Of a stretch of 64,000 nucleotides of DNA, positions 47,910 to 58,740 are shown piece by piece. The translations under genes and the position numbers were made by a program. The DNA lies in the NCBI GenBank assembly GCA_963662715.1, contig OY759724.1, forward strand, positions 3,044,982 through 3,108,981, given 5' to 3'. The notes beneath the pieces were generated by a model. It had not been told where the DNA came from and ran no database searches. It saw only the letters and a list, made by a program, of their open reading frames with translations. Source of the DNA: Candidatus Omnitrophota bacterium (GTDB lineage: Bacteria > Omnitrophota > Gorgyraeia > Zapsychrales > JANLHA01). Positions within the stretch are counted from its first letter, which is position 1, and each line of letters starts with the position of its first letter.

Positions 47910-48764
47910 ATGGAATCCATTATCCGAAAAGCAGGTGTTTTAGTTGAAGCTATCCCGTATATTCACGCGTTCAGGAAAAAAATTTTTGTCATCAAATACG
48001 GGGGAAGCATTCTCGAGAACAAGGCCATTCGCAAATATGTCCTGGAAGATATCGTCTTTCTAAGTTATGTCGGAATACGCATTATCCTGGTCCATGGCGG
48101 AGGCCCTTTCATCAGCTCCCGCCTGAAAGAGAAAGGCATTAAACCCGTCTTTCATGACGGAATCCGGGTAACGGACAAGCATACCCTGCAAATCGTTTCG
48201 GAAGAGCTTGATAAATTAAATAAAAATATCGTGACGGAAATACAGGAGCTCAAAGGCGATGTGACAGGATTGAAGGGAGAAGAGAATATCATCCACGTTG
48301 AAAAGAAGAAAGCGCGCGAGGAACTCGGATTTGTGGGAACCATCAAAAATATCGAACGAAAGGCCATTCGGGAACACTTAAGACGCGGACACATCACCGT
48401 TATTTCCCCTATGGGCATCAGCGGTGAGCAACAGCCGCATAATGTCAATGCTGACGAGGTTGCCAGCGCCATTGCATCATCGATGAAAGCGGAAAAACTT
48501 GTGCTTTTAACAAACGTCACCGGGGTTATGCGAAAGGCGGCTGATCCGGACTCCCTGATCTCCACATTACATGCCAAGAAGATCGAAACCCTTATTAAAG
48601 AAAAAATTATCCAAGGCGGCATGATTCCCAAAGTCGATGCTTGCATCAAAGCGCTTTACGGAGGCGTTAATAAAACTCATATCATTGACGCCCGTCTGCG
48701 CCATGCCTTATTGCTTGAAATCTTTACCGACCGAGGTATCGGGACACAAATCATAAAAAAATAG
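47910..48764 (+). CDS. argB: Acetylglutamate kinase ArgB
   Basis: 284 aa; amino-acid kinase fold with VIKYGGS and ..VHGGGP.. blocks. Confidence 0.9.
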   Translation: MESIIRKAGVLVEAIPYIHAFRKKIFVIKYGGSILENKAIRKYVLEDIVFLSYVGIRIILVHGGGPFISSRLKEKGIKPVFHDGIRVTDKHTLQIVSEELDKLNKNIVTEIQELKGDVTGLKGEENIIHVEKKKAREELGFVGTIKNIERKAIREHLRRGHITVISPMGISGEQQPHNVNADEVASAIASSMKAEKLVLLTNVTGVMRKAADPDSLISTLHAKKIETLIKEKIIQGGMIPKVDACIKALYGGVNKTHIIDARLRHALLLEIFTDRGIGTQIIKK

Positions 48765-48774
48765 GATCATTCCA

Positions 48775-49962
48775 ATGAAAAAACAGGATATTTATAAGGC
48801 CTATGATGAATATATTCTGAATACATATACACGTGTGCCTGCGATTTTTGTCAAAGGCAAAGGGATGACTTTAATTGACATTTCCGGGAAAAAATATCTG
48901 GATTTCTTTCCGGGCTGGGGCGTCAACAGCGTAGGACACTGTCACCCCAAGGTCCTGTCGGCTGTCCGGGACCAAATCGGCCGACTTATCCACGTCCCTA
49001 ATAATCTGTATCATCCGGGTCAGGCAAAACTGGCAAAGGAAATCATCCGGACATCCTTCCCGGGAAAAGTTTTTTTCTGCAATTCGGGCGCCGAAGCCTG
49101 TGAAGCCGCGATCAAATTTGCCCGGGCTTACGGGCAGAAGAAGCGTTATGAGATTATTACGATGCAGAATTCTTTTCACGGGAGAACGCTCGGCGCCTTA
49201 TCGGCCACCGGACAGCCCAAATATCAAAACGGCTTTGCCCCCTTGCCGGACGGTTTCACGGCCGTGCCTTTCAATGATTTTAAGGCTGTAGAAGCAGCCC
49301 TTACGGATAAAACTGTCGCCATTATTCTGGAATTAGTGCAGGGCGAGGGCGGCATTCATATCGCTGACCAGCAATATATTAAAGCGTTAAGAGAACTTTG
49401 CGACAAGAGGGATATCCTGCTGTTCTTTGATGAAGTTCAGACGGGGCTGGGACGTACCGGTGAAATGTACGCGTTCAAGCATTACAACGTCCAGCCTGAC
49501 GGATTTATGCTTGCGAAAGCTTTGGGAGGCGGGTTGCCTATCGGAGCTTTTGTTGCCGGGAAGGCTGTGGCAGAAACCTTCAAACCGGGAATGCATGCTT
49601 CCACTTTTGGCGGAAGCCCATTGGTCTGCCGGGCTTCTTTAGGGGTTTTTAAGGCCATCCATTCACAAAAAATGCTGCAGAACACCAAGAAAATGGGACG
49701 GCTTATCATGCAGGAACTTCAGGCACTCAAACGGAAACATCCCTGTATAACAGATATCCGGGGCCTGGGGCTGATGATCGGCATCGAGTTATCCATGCCC
49801 GGGGACGCCATTGTTAAATATTGCTTTGAAAAGGGGCTCCTGATCAACTGCACCCAGCAGAAGATACTGCGGCTCATGCCCGCCTTAAACGTCACCCAGC
49901 GGCAGATAAAAAAGGCCCTGGGGATCCTTGAACAGGCCATTTCCGAAGCCGGACAAAATTGA
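48775..49962 (+). CDS. argD: Acetylornithine aminotransferase ArgD
   Basis: 395 aa class-III aminotransferase; ..DEVQTGLGRTG.. and PLP-Lys region (..AKALGGGLP..). Confidence 0.85.
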   Translation: MKKQDIYKAYDEYILNTYTRVPAIFVKGKGMTLIDISGKKYLDFFPGWGVNSVGHCHPKVLSAVRDQIGRLIHVPNNLYHPGQAKLAKEIIRTSFPGKVFFCNSGAEACEAAIKFARAYGQKKRYEIITMQNSFHGRTLGALSATGQPKYQNGFAPLPDGFTAVPFNDFKAVEAALTDKTVAIILELVQGEGGIHIADQQYIKALRELCDKRDILLFFDEVQTGLGRTGEMYAFKHYNVQPDGFMLAKALGGGLPIGAFVAGKAVAETFKPGMHASTFGGSPLVCRASLGVFKAIHSQKMLQNTKKMGRLIMQELQALKRKHPCITDIRGLGLMIGIELSMPGDAIVKYCFEKGLLINCTQQKILRLMPALNVTQRQIKKALGILEQAISEAGQN

Positions 49963-49971
49963 GGACGACCT

Positions 49972-50886
49972 ATGAAGAAAAATCTTACAAGTTTGGAAAA
50001 TTTAAACACACAGGATCTTTTATATATCATTAATGAGGGGTTGCGTCTAAAAGCGGACCGTTACAGCGAATCTTTTATTCTGAAAAACAAAACATTAGCT
50101 TTGATTTTTCAAAAGCCTTCCAACCGCACCCGGGTCTCTTTTGAAGTGGGCATCCATCAACTGGGCGGGAAGTGCCTTTACCTCGGTCCGGATGAGATCA
50201 ATTTGGGCAAAAGGGAATCAGCCTCTGATGTGGCGGCGACATTGTCCCGTTATTTAGACGGGATTATCGCCCGGACTTTTAAACATGAAGATATCGTGAA
50301 ATTAAGCCAGACGGCAACAATTCCGATCATTAACGGGCTGTCAGACCGGTTTCACCCCTGTCAAGCCCTGGCAGATCTTATGTCCATTAAAGAAAAATTC
50401 TCGCAATTTAAAGGGTTGAAGTTAGCTTATGTCGGGGACGGGAACAACGTTTGTCATTCGCTGCTCCTGGGTTGCGCAAAAGTCGGAGTACAAATGACTG
50501 TCGCCACTCCGGAAGGATATGAGCCTGATGAGGACATCCTGCAGCAGGCGGTCCATACCGCCAAAGAGCAGGGGACAACGGTTTCATGTACGCACGCCCC
50601 CCGGGAGGCCGTACAGGGCGCCCATGTTATTTATACGGATGTCTGGACCAGTATGGGACAGGAAGATGAGCACGATGCCCGGCTCAAACGTTTTCAGGAC
50701 TTCCAGATTAACGCTGAACTTGTATCGCAAGCGGATAAAAAGTTTATTTTCATGCACTGTCTTCCGGCTCACCGCGGAGAGGAAGTGACGTCAGAGGTCA
50801 TTGACGGACCACATTCCATTGTCTTCGATCAGGCCGAAAACAGGCTGCATATTCAAAAAGCTGTTTTACTCTTTTTATTTTCTTGA
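49972..50886 (+). CDS. argF: Ornithine carbamoyltransferase ArgF
   Basis: 304 aa; carbamoyl-phosphate motif SNRTR (..KPSNRTRVSFE..) and ornithine-binding HCLPA. Confidence 0.9.
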   Translation: MKKNLTSLENLNTQDLLYIINEGLRLKADRYSESFILKNKTLALIFQKPSNRTRVSFEVGIHQLGGKCLYLGPDEINLGKRESASDVAATLSRYLDGIIARTFKHEDIVKLSQTATIPIINGLSDRFHPCQALADLMSIKEKFSQFKGLKLAYVGDGNNVCHSLLLGCAKVGVQMTVATPEGYEPDEDILQQAVHTAKEQGTTVSCTHAPREAVQGAHVIYTDVWTSMGQEDEHDARLKRFQDFQINAELVSQADKKFIFMHCLPAHRGEEVTSEVIDGPHSIVFDQAENRLHIQKAVLLFLFS

Positions 50887-51005
50887 ATATATTGAGAGGA
50901 GCCCTTTCAATAAAGCCAGAACAGTCCTGACGGGACAAAAAGGGTTCCGAAGAAAATCCTGAAATTTTATCGATATCAATTTTTATCTTTTGGGAGAACA
51001 GAATT

Positions 51006-52184
51006 ATGAAAAAAAAAGTGGTGCTGGCTTACTCCGGGGGACTAGACACGTCCTGCGCGATAAAATGGCTTAATGACCGGGACTATCAGGTCATCGCTTT
51101 TATCGCCGATGTCGGACAAAATGAAAACTTTCAGCTCATAAAAAAACGCGCGGAAAAGACGGGGGCGGGTAAAGTCTATGTGCTGAATCTGCAAAAAGAA
51201 TTCGTGCAGGATTATGTGTTCCCGGCACTCAAGGCCGGGGCCGTTTATGAAAACAAGTATCTCTTGGCTACGGCCCTGTCACGCCCGCTGATTGCCAAAC
51301 ACCTTGTCCACATTGCACAAAAAGAAAAAGCTTCCGCAGTGGCGCACGGCTGCACCGGGAAAGGGAATGACCAGGTGCGTTTTGAAACGACCGTCTCTAT
51401 CCTCAATCCCAAACTCGAACAGATCGCTCCGCTGCGTATCTGGGAATTCAAAACCCGGGAAGAAGAAATTGAATACGCCCAACGGCATAAAATCCCCGTG
51501 GATGTCACCAAGAAGAGTCCCTATAGTATCGATAAAAATCTTTACGGGCGCAGTATTGAATGCGGGGTTCTGGAAGATCCCTGGACCGAGCCTCCGGAAG
51601 AAATCTACCAGATGACACAAAGTCCGCAATCGGCCCCGCAGAAACCGCTGAATATCGAAATCGCTTTTCAGAAAGGCCTGCCGGTCAAAATTGACGGAAA
51701 AAAGTATCCGCCTGTCCAGCTTATCCATCATCTTAACCTCTTGGGAGGCCGGCACGGGGTGGGGAGAGTGGACTCGGTTGAAAACCGCCTGGTGGGGATC
51801 AAATCCCGGGAAATATACGAAAACCCTGCCGGGACAATACTGCATTGCGCACACCAGGAACTCGAATATCTGAATCTTGACCGGGAAACTTTACACTTCA
51901 AACATATATTAGCCTACAAATATGCGGAGCTGATCTATTACGGCCTTTGGGAAACCCCGCTCAAGAAACAGCTGGATGCTTTCATGGACAAGACACAGGA
52001 AGAGATGACCGGAAGCGTGCGGGTAAAATTATATAAAGGGACCTGTACGGTCACAGGCCGCAAATCACCATTTTCCCGTTATCAGGAGGAATTGGCCACT
52101 TACGGCGATAAGGACGTATTCGACCAAAAGTTAGCCGAGGGCTTCAACCGGCTCTGGAGCTTGCCCTACAGGAGATCATTCTGA
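51006..52184 (+). CDS. argG: Argininosuccinate synthase ArgG
   Basis: 392 aa; PP-loop AYSGGLDTS. Confidence 0.95.
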   Translation: MKKKVVLAYSGGLDTSCAIKWLNDRDYQVIAFIADVGQNENFQLIKKRAEKTGAGKVYVLNLQKEFVQDYVFPALKAGAVYENKYLLATALSRPLIAKHLVHIAQKEKASAVAHGCTGKGNDQVRFETTVSILNPKLEQIAPLRIWEFKTREEEIEYAQRHKIPVDVTKKSPYSIDKNLYGRSIECGVLEDPWTEPPEEIYQMTQSPQSAPQKPLNIEIAFQKGLPVKIDGKKYPPVQLIHHLNLLGGRHGVGRVDSVENRLVGIKSREIYENPAGTILHCAHQELEYLNLDRETLHFKHILAYKYAELIYYGLWETPLKKQLDAFMDKTQEEMTGSVRVKLYKGTCTVTGRKSPFSRYQEELATYGDKDVFDQKLAEGFNRLWSLPYRRSF

Positions 52185-52228
52185 AAAAAAGACTCTAACC
52201 ATTCAATTCGTTCAAGTGAGAGGGTAAC

Positions 52229-53572
52229 ATGAATAAATTATGGGGTGGACGTTTCAGCCAATCAACGGATAAACAAGTGGAAAATTTCACGAGGTCCATT
52301 CACTATGACCAGCAGCTCGCGAAATTTGACTGCTGGGGGTCTCTGGCCCATATTAACGTGCTCAAGAAAGCGAACCTTCTGACCCCGCAGGAGTATAAAA
52401 AACTGAAGTCCGGGCTGAATAAAATTCTGACGTCTATCGCAAAGGGGACCTTTAAGCCTCATCCGTCTTTCGAAGATATTCATTCCTACATTCAGCATTT
52501 ACTGGAGAAGGATAATTATGCGGGGAAAGCCGCGCTCAAGCTGCATACCTGCCGGTCGCGGAATGACCAGGTTGTGCTCGACACCAAGCTTTTCTGTCTC
52601 GGGGAACTCTTAAAAACCGAAAAGGCTCTGCTGGGTTATATCCAAAGTCTGCAGGATTTGGCGCAACGGTACAAACATGTGGTCATGCCGGGATACACCC
52701 ATTTACAGCATGCGATCCCGGTGGCCTTTTTTCAATACTGCGAAGCCTACATTCATATGGCTCACCGGGATGAAGAACGTTTGCTGCGCATATACAACAG
52801 CATTGAACTGACCATGGGGTCCGGGGCTTTGGCCGGCACCTTTTTGCCGGCATCCTTTTATCAACAAAAACTTCATCCCGACCTTAACAAAGACATTTCG
52901 CCGGCAACGAATTCCCTGGATACCGTCAGTGACCGGGACTTTATTCTTGATATTTTGTCCTCTTTGTCCATCCTGGGAATGCATTTATCCCGTTTAGCTG
53001 AAGACCTGATTTTATGGGCGACAACGGAATTCAACTTCATTCATTTAGCTGATGCCTTCTGCACCGGCAGTTCGCTTATGCCCCAGAAAAAGAACCCGGA
53101 TGTCCTGGAGTTGGTCCGCGGATATACCGGCCGCCTTTACGGTCATCAGATGAGCGTGCTCGTTGTCATGAAAGGACTGCCGCTCACGTACAACCGGGAT
53201 ATGCAGCTTGATAAAGAACCGCTTTTCGATTCTTTCCGGATCGCCCAGGACAGTCTGCAGGTTCTGACAGAATTGTTGACCCATATGCAGCTGAATGAAG
53301 AAAGCATTAAAAAACAACTGGATGACGAATCACTTTACGCAACGGACTTGGCGGATTTTCTGGTACAGAAAAAGGTGCCGTTCAAAGAGGCCCACCATAT
53401 CATAGGGCAGCTTGTTCAGAACAAGATAAAAACCGGCATCCCTATCCTTGAGATGGATGATAAAACACTGCAAAGAATTCACCCCCTGTTAAGTCATAAA
53501 GTTGTCAGCCGTATCATGAAACCGGAAGAATCCGTTAAAAGCAAGAAATCCACAGCCAAGAAAAGGGTTTAA
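52229..53572 (+). CDS. argH: Argininosuccinate lyase ArgH
   Basis: 447 aa; fumarate-lyase signature region GSSLMPQKKNPD. Confidence 0.95.
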   Translation: MNKLWGGRFSQSTDKQVENFTRSIHYDQQLAKFDCWGSLAHINVLKKANLLTPQEYKKLKSGLNKILTSIAKGTFKPHPSFEDIHSYIQHLLEKDNYAGKAALKLHTCRSRNDQVVLDTKLFCLGELLKTEKALLGYIQSLQDLAQRYKHVVMPGYTHLQHAIPVAFFQYCEAYIHMAHRDEERLLRIYNSIELTMGSGALAGTFLPASFYQQKLHPDLNKDISPATNSLDTVSDRDFILDILSSLSILGMHLSRLAEDLILWATTEFNFIHLADAFCTGSSLMPQKKNPDVLELVRGYTGRLYGHQMSVLVVMKGLPLTYNRDMQLDKEPLFDSFRIAQDSLQVLTELLTHMQLNEESIKKQLDDESLYATDLADFLVQKKVPFKEAHHIIGQLVQNKIKTGIPILEMDDKTLQRIHPLLSHKVVSRIMKPEESVKSKKSTAKKRV

Positions 53573-53576
53573 AAAT

Positions 53577-54833
53577 ATGCACGACTTTCACTTTAAAGAC
53601 GGGGAACTTTTTTGCGAGGAGGTCCGCGTGAGCGATATCGCAAAAAAGGAAGGGACCCCTTTTTATCTTTACAGTTACAAAACATTAACAGAGCATTATC
53701 AGAAAATCCAAGAGGCCTTTGCCTCGCTCAACCCCTTGATCTGTTTCGCCATGAAAGCGAACGGCAATCTGGCCGTTATCAAAGCCCTGATCGGGCAAGG
53801 GGCAGGCTTAGACATTGTTTCCGGAGGAGAACTAAAGAAAGCTCTAAAGGCGGAGGCTGATCCGAAAAAAATCGTTTTTGCTTCTGTCGGAAAAACGGAC
53901 GAGGAGATCCGGCTTGCCTTGCAAACGGACATTTTATTTTTCAATGTGGAATCTATTGCGGAACTGGAACGGATCAACTCGATCGCCCGGGAACTCAATA
54001 AAAAAGCGCCCATCGCCATCCGTATCAACCCCGATGTTGAGGCGGCAACGCATGAGTTCATTACGACCGGGACATTAAAAAACAAATTCGGGATCGATCT
54101 GTCTTCCGCCCGGGAACTGCTGAAAAAATCCCATGAATTGCAGCATATCGACATCATCGGTCTGCACATTCACATCGGCTCTCAGATCATTTCCAGTGAA
54201 CCTTTTATTAAAGCCATTAAAAGAGTCAAAGAATTTATTGATGAACTGAAAGCGGACAACATTCAAATAAGTTATCTGGATATCGGCGGGGGGCTGGGGA
54301 TCATTTATAAAGATGAGAAACCGCAAACAGCCCAGCAGTTCGCGGAAGCCGTGATTCCCTGCCTGGAGAAGACCGGGCTTAAAATCGTCATGGAACCGGG
54401 ACGCTTCATTGCCGGTAATGCCGGCATTTTCGTGACAAAGGTTCTGTATTTTAAAGACAACGGCTTCAAGAAATTTCTCATCGTTGACGGGGGGATGAAT
54501 GATCTGATCCGGCCGTCTTTTTACGGGGCTTATCATGAAATTGTTCCGGTTAAGCCAACAGACGAGGAATGCGTCCAGGTTGATGTTGTCGGGCCGATCT
54601 GCGAAAGCGGCGATTATCTGGGAAAAGCCCGGCAGCTCCCCTTGCTGCCTTCCGGGGAATTATTGGCCGTGATGAGCACCGGGGCCTATGGATTTGTCAT
54701 GGCGAGCAACTACAATATGCGCTGCCGGGTTCCGGAAATCATGGTGAAAGGCCGTGACTTTGCTGTTATTCGTCAACGGGAAACATTCGAAGATCTGATC
54801 AGGCCGGAACGTATCCCGGATTTCCTTTCCTGA
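53577..54833 (+). CDS. lysA: Diaminopimelate decarboxylase LysA
   Basis: 418 aa fold-III PLP decarboxylase; ..CFAMKAN.. PLP-Lys and ..CESGD.. blocks. Confidence 0.9.
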   Translation: MHDFHFKDGELFCEEVRVSDIAKKEGTPFYLYSYKTLTEHYQKIQEAFASLNPLICFAMKANGNLAVIKALIGQGAGLDIVSGGELKKALKAEADPKKIVFASVGKTDEEIRLALQTDILFFNVESIAELERINSIARELNKKAPIAIRINPDVEAATHEFITTGTLKNKFGIDLSSARELLKKSHELQHIDIIGLHIHIGSQIISSEPFIKAIKRVKEFIDELKADNIQISYLDIGGGLGIIYKDEKPQTAQQFAEAVIPCLEKTGLKIVMEPGRFIAGNAGIFVTKVLYFKDNGFKKFLIVDGGMNDLIRPSFYGAYHEIVPVKPTDEECVQVDVVGPICESGDYLGKARQLPLLPSGELLAVMSTGAYGFVMASNYNMRCRVPEIMVKGRDFAVIRQRETFEDLIRPERIPDFLS

Positions 54834-54864
54834 GACGGCATTTTTCATTAAGGGAGCATATTTC

Positions 54865-55692
54865 ATGTCAAAGAAGAAAATTCATTTCGTCAAAATGGCC
54901 GGGGCCGGCAATGACTTTCTGGTCCTTGAAGATGCCGCTGGTCTACAGTTTAAGAAACTGGCGCGAATTATGTGCCACCGCACCAATGGCGTGGGCGCGG
55001 ACGGGTTGTTAATCTTAGCCAAATCCAAAAAAGCCGATTACCGCATGAGAATCATTAATGCCGACGGGTCCGAAGCAGAGATGTGCGGGAACGGAGCGCG
55101 TTGTTTGGCGGCTTATATTGCCCGGAATAAGAAGGGGACGGCGAAAAATTTTTCTGTCGAAACAAAAGCCGGAAACATTATCGCCCAGGCACGAGGAGAG
55201 GTGGCCGAAATCCGACTCAGCGATCCCCGGGGCTACCGGCCGGATATTCCTTTAAAAATACTCAGGAAACCTCTCTCGGTTCATTATATTGACACAGGAG
55301 TTCCTCATACTATCATATATGTTGACAATCTGAAAAATATTAACGTCAGGGAGATCGCTCCTTATGTGCGTTATCATAAAAAATTTTTCCCCCGCGGCAC
55401 CAATGTCAATTTCGTTGAGCAGATCAACACCAGGCTCATTGACGCCAGGACATACGAACGGGGCGTGGAAGCGGAAACCAAAGCGTGCGGGACAGGCAGC
55501 GTCGCGGCAGCCCTGGTGACGTTCCTGAAATCTCACCCGGAGAAAACAGAATATCCCGGGGCCCGCATGAATGTCAGGACTCAAAGCGGAGAAGTGCTTC
55601 ATATCACATTCGATATAATAAAAGGGAAGCCCCAAAACGTCCGGCTGAAAGGCAGCGCCTGTTTTATTGCGGAAGGGTATTTCTTCCTTTAA
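54865..55692 (+). CDS. dapF: Diaminopimelate epimerase DapF
   Basis: 275 aa; two catalytic Cys regions (..MCGNGARC.. and ..ACGTGS..), GNDF motif. Confidence 0.9.
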   Translation: MSKKKIHFVKMAGAGNDFLVLEDAAGLQFKKLARIMCHRTNGVGADGLLILAKSKKADYRMRIINADGSEAEMCGNGARCLAAYIARNKKGTAKNFSVETKAGNIIAQARGEVAEIRLSDPRGYRPDIPLKILRKPLSVHYIDTGVPHTIIYVDNLKNINVREIAPYVRYHKKFFPRGTNVNFVEQINTRLIDARTYERGVEAETKACGTGSVAAALVTFLKSHPEKTEYPGARMNVRTQSGEVLHITFDIIKGKPQNVRLKGSACFIAEGYFFL

Positions 55693-55745
55693 GTCAACAG
55701 GAAATCAACAAGCCTTAATCAATTATTTAAGAGGAGAAAATCAAA

Positions 55746-56624
55746 ATGTTGAGTGGTTCCATAGTGGCTATTGTAACTCCGTTTAAAAACGGGAACGTGG
55801 ATGAACAAAAACTGGCAGACCTGGTCAATTTCCAGATAGATAATGGGACAAACGGAATCCTCCCGTGCGGGACAACCGGCGAATCCCCGACATTATCTCA
55901 TCAAGAACATAACCGTGTTATCGAAATCTGCATTGAAGCAGCCAAGGGACGGGTTCCGGTTATGGCCGGGACAGGTTCAAATTCAACAGCCGAAGCTGTG
56001 GCGTTGACCAAACATGCGGCCGAAGCAGGGGCAAACGCAGCCTTGGTTGTGAGTCCCTATTACAATAAACCGACCCAAAAGGGTCTCTACTCTCATTTTA
56101 AGGCTATTGCTGATGCTGTGGATATCCCGATTATCCTTTATAACATCCCGGGAAGAACAGCCTGCAATATTGAGCCTGGCACAATGGCAGAATTAGCGAA
56201 GGATTGCAGAAATATTGTCGGGGTCAAGGAAGCTTCCGGCTCTCTGGCTCAAATGCAGAATATCAAAAGACTATGTCCCAAGGATTTTATTCTGCTTTCC
56301 GGGGACGATGCCTTATTATTGCCCATACTCAGTATCGGAGGGCAAGGCGTTATTTCCGTGGCCGCGAATATCGTTCCCGAGGACGTCACCCGCATTATAA
56401 CAGCTTATGCACAGGGGCAGACAAGCAAAGCTCAGGAATATCATTATCATTTACTGCCGTTGGTACAGTCTTTATTTTTAGAAACAAACCCTATTCCGAT
56501 CAAAACGGCCATGGGATTGATGGGATTATGCTCTGAAGAAGTCCGATTGCCGCTCTGTCCGATGTCTGACGCCAATCAGGAAAAACTGAAGAAAGCGCTC
56601 AGAGATTACAAATTAATCAAATAA
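55746..56624 (+). CDS. dapA: 4-hydroxy-tetrahydrodipicolinate synthase DapA
   Basis: 292 aa; ..CGTTGES.. and Schiff-base Lys region typical of DapA. Confidence 0.9.
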   Translation: MLSGSIVAIVTPFKNGNVDEQKLADLVNFQIDNGTNGILPCGTTGESPTLSHQEHNRVIEICIEAAKGRVPVMAGTGSNSTAEAVALTKHAAEAGANAALVVSPYYNKPTQKGLYSHFKAIADAVDIPIILYNIPGRTACNIEPGTMAELAKDCRNIVGVKEASGSLAQMQNIKRLCPKDFILLSGDDALLLPILSIGGQGVISVAANIVPEDVTRIITAYAQGQTSKAQEYHYHLLPLVQSLFLETNPIPIKTAMGLMGLCSEEVRLPLCPMSDANQEKLKKALRDYKLIK

Positions 56625-56642
56625 TCATTAAAATATAAAGGA

Positions 56643-57368
56643 ATGATTATGATACCTATATCTATCAACGGATGTCAGGGACGCATGGGACAACGCATCA
56701 CGCAACTGGCCTTGAAAGATAAGGAATTCCAAATTACCGCCCTTTTAGAGCATCCTGACCACCCTCTTATCAACAAACTTCACGAAGGCATCCTGATTTC
56801 AGCCGATCCGGAAGCGATCAAGGGAAGCAGAGTTTTTATTGATTTTACTTCTCCCGATTCAACGATAGGACATCTACAGTATTGCCGGGATTTCGGAATC
56901 CACTGCGTTATTGGGACAACAGGGCTCACCGAACGACATTTTCAATCCATTCAAAAAGCCGCTGATGATATTGCTATCGTCTTTTCTTCAAATATGTCGA
57001 TCGGGGTGAATATCCTTTTTAAACTGGCGCAAATTCTTTCGCAAGCGGCTCCCGATGATTATACCGTGAGAATAGAAGAGGCACATCATGTCCATAAAAA
57101 AGATGCCCCCTCCGGAACCGCCAAAACACTGGCCAGCATTATCGAAAGTGCTTCCGAGCATAAGGTTCAAAATACGGATTCTGTCCGTGAAGGCGAGATC
57201 ATCGGGGACCACAGCGTTATTTTTGAATCCCATGAGGACCGGATCGTGATTCAACATCATGCAAAGACCCGGGACATTTTTGCGAAAGGCGCCTTAGTCG
57301 CGGCAAAATTCCTGGCAACGAAAACTAAGGGATTATTCGATATGCAGGATGTCTTAAATATCCGGTAA
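56643..57368 (+). CDS. dapB: 4-hydroxy-tetrahydrodipicolinate reductase DapB
   Basis: 241 aa; ..INGCQGRMGQ.. NAD(P) motif and ..EAHHxxKxDAPSGTA.. active-site block. Confidence 0.85.
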   Translation: MIMIPISINGCQGRMGQRITQLALKDKEFQITALLEHPDHPLINKLHEGILISADPEAIKGSRVFIDFTSPDSTIGHLQYCRDFGIHCVIGTTGLTERHFQSIQKAADDIAIVFSSNMSIGVNILFKLAQILSQAAPDDYTVRIEEAHHVHKKDAPSGTAKTLASIIESASEHKVQNTDSVREGEIIGDHSVIFESHEDRIVIQHHAKTRDIFAKGALVAAKFLATKTKGLFDMQDVLNIR

Positions 57369-57443
57369 TCCCCGGAACTCCGGGACAGAATCTTCTCTGA
57401 AGATATTCAAATCATAAAAATTCATTTTTGTAAAGGAGCCGTA

Positions 57444-58610
57444 ATGACAAACACCATCGAATGGGCAGACCGCCTCAGAGAACTGCCGCCCTATCTTTTC
57501 GTTGACATTGATAAGGCCAAAAGACAGGCCGTGGCCGAAGGACGGGATGTCATCAATCTCGGCATCGGAGATCCTGACTTACCGACATTCCCGCATATTA
57601 TTGAAAGCATGAAGAAGGCCCTGGACAATCCTGCCAACCACCATTATGCCCTGGATGCCGGGTTACCGGAATTAAGGCAGGCTATCGCTAAGTGGTTTAA
57701 AAACCGTTTCCTGGTGTCTTTAGATGCCGATACGGAAATTTATCCGTTGATAGGTTCCAAGGAAGGGCTCGCCCATTTTCCCCTGGGCCTGATCAATCCC
57801 AATGACAAAGTCTTGCTGACCGATCCGGCTTATCCGGCTTATCAGGCAGCTATCCAGTTTGCCGGGGGAAGAATCTCCCGCGTCCCGCTCAAAGAAAGCC
57901 ATAACTTTCTGCCGGATTTAAACAAGCTTCCTTCTCTGAAAGGCGTCAAAGCCATGTTCATCAATTATCCGAACAACCCTACGGCCGCGACCGCCAGCAA
58001 GGATTTTTACCAAAAACTCGTCGAATTTGCTCAGGAAAACAATATCATTCTGATCTCAGACATGGCTTATTCGGAAATATATTATGAAGATATTCAACCG
58101 CCGAGCATTTTGGAGATTGAGGGAGCCAAGGATGTGGCTATTGAGTTTCATTCCCTTTCTAAAACTTATAATATGACGGGCTGGCGAATCGGATGGGCCT
58201 GTGGGAACCCGAAACTTGTCGCCGCTTTAGGCAAGGTCAAATCAAACTTTGATTCGGGAATCTTCCAGGCGATTCAAATAGCGGCCATAACAGCGCTTGA
58301 AACACCTCCGGAGGAATTAGGGGATTTGCGCCGGGTCTATGAAGAGCGCCGGGCCTGCCTGATTAACGGACTCCGGAGTATCGGGTGGAAAATCCCCGCC
58401 CCGTCCGCGGCTTTTTATATTTGGGCCAAAATTCCCAAAGGATTTTCAGATTCTATGGAGACAGCCAAAGCTTTTCTCGATAGAGCAGATATCGTGATCA
58501 CCCCCGGAGTCGGCTTCGGGCAGGCCGGGGAGGGATATGTCCGCCTGGCCTTGACTGTCCCCAAAGATCGCTTATCCATTGCCGTGCAAAGAATCGGCAA
58601 GATACTATAA
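57444..58610 (+). CDS. dapL: LL-diaminopimelate aminotransferase (DapL-type, class I/II aminotransferase)
   Basis: 388 aa; fold-type I aminotransferase with ..SLSKTYNMTGWRIGW.. PLP-Lys block; sits directly after dapF-dapA-dapB with no dapD/C/E present. Confidence 0.75.
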   Translation: MTNTIEWADRLRELPPYLFVDIDKAKRQAVAEGRDVINLGIGDPDLPTFPHIIESMKKALDNPANHHYALDAGLPELRQAIAKWFKNRFLVSLDADTEIYPLIGSKEGLAHFPLGLINPNDKVLLTDPAYPAYQAAIQFAGGRISRVPLKESHNFLPDLNKLPSLKGVKAMFINYPNNPTAATASKDFYQKLVEFAQENNIILISDMAYSEIYYEDIQPPSILEIEGAKDVAIEFHSLSKTYNMTGWRIGWACGNPKLVAALGKVKSNFDSGIFQAIQIAAITALETPPEELGDLRRVYEERRACLINGLRSIGWKIPAPSAAFYIWAKIPKGFSDSMETAKAFLDRADIVITPGVGFGQAGEGYVRLALTVPKDRLSIAVQRIGKIL

Positions 58611-58740
58611 ATGCGCCGTTCTTATAAAATCGCCTGGCTAATCAAAAAAGGATATTTGAAACTCAAGGGGAAAAACGGGTTATGGGACTGATATACATGG
58701 GTTTGGCCGTACCGATATCAAAAATCAACCTATTTTAAAG

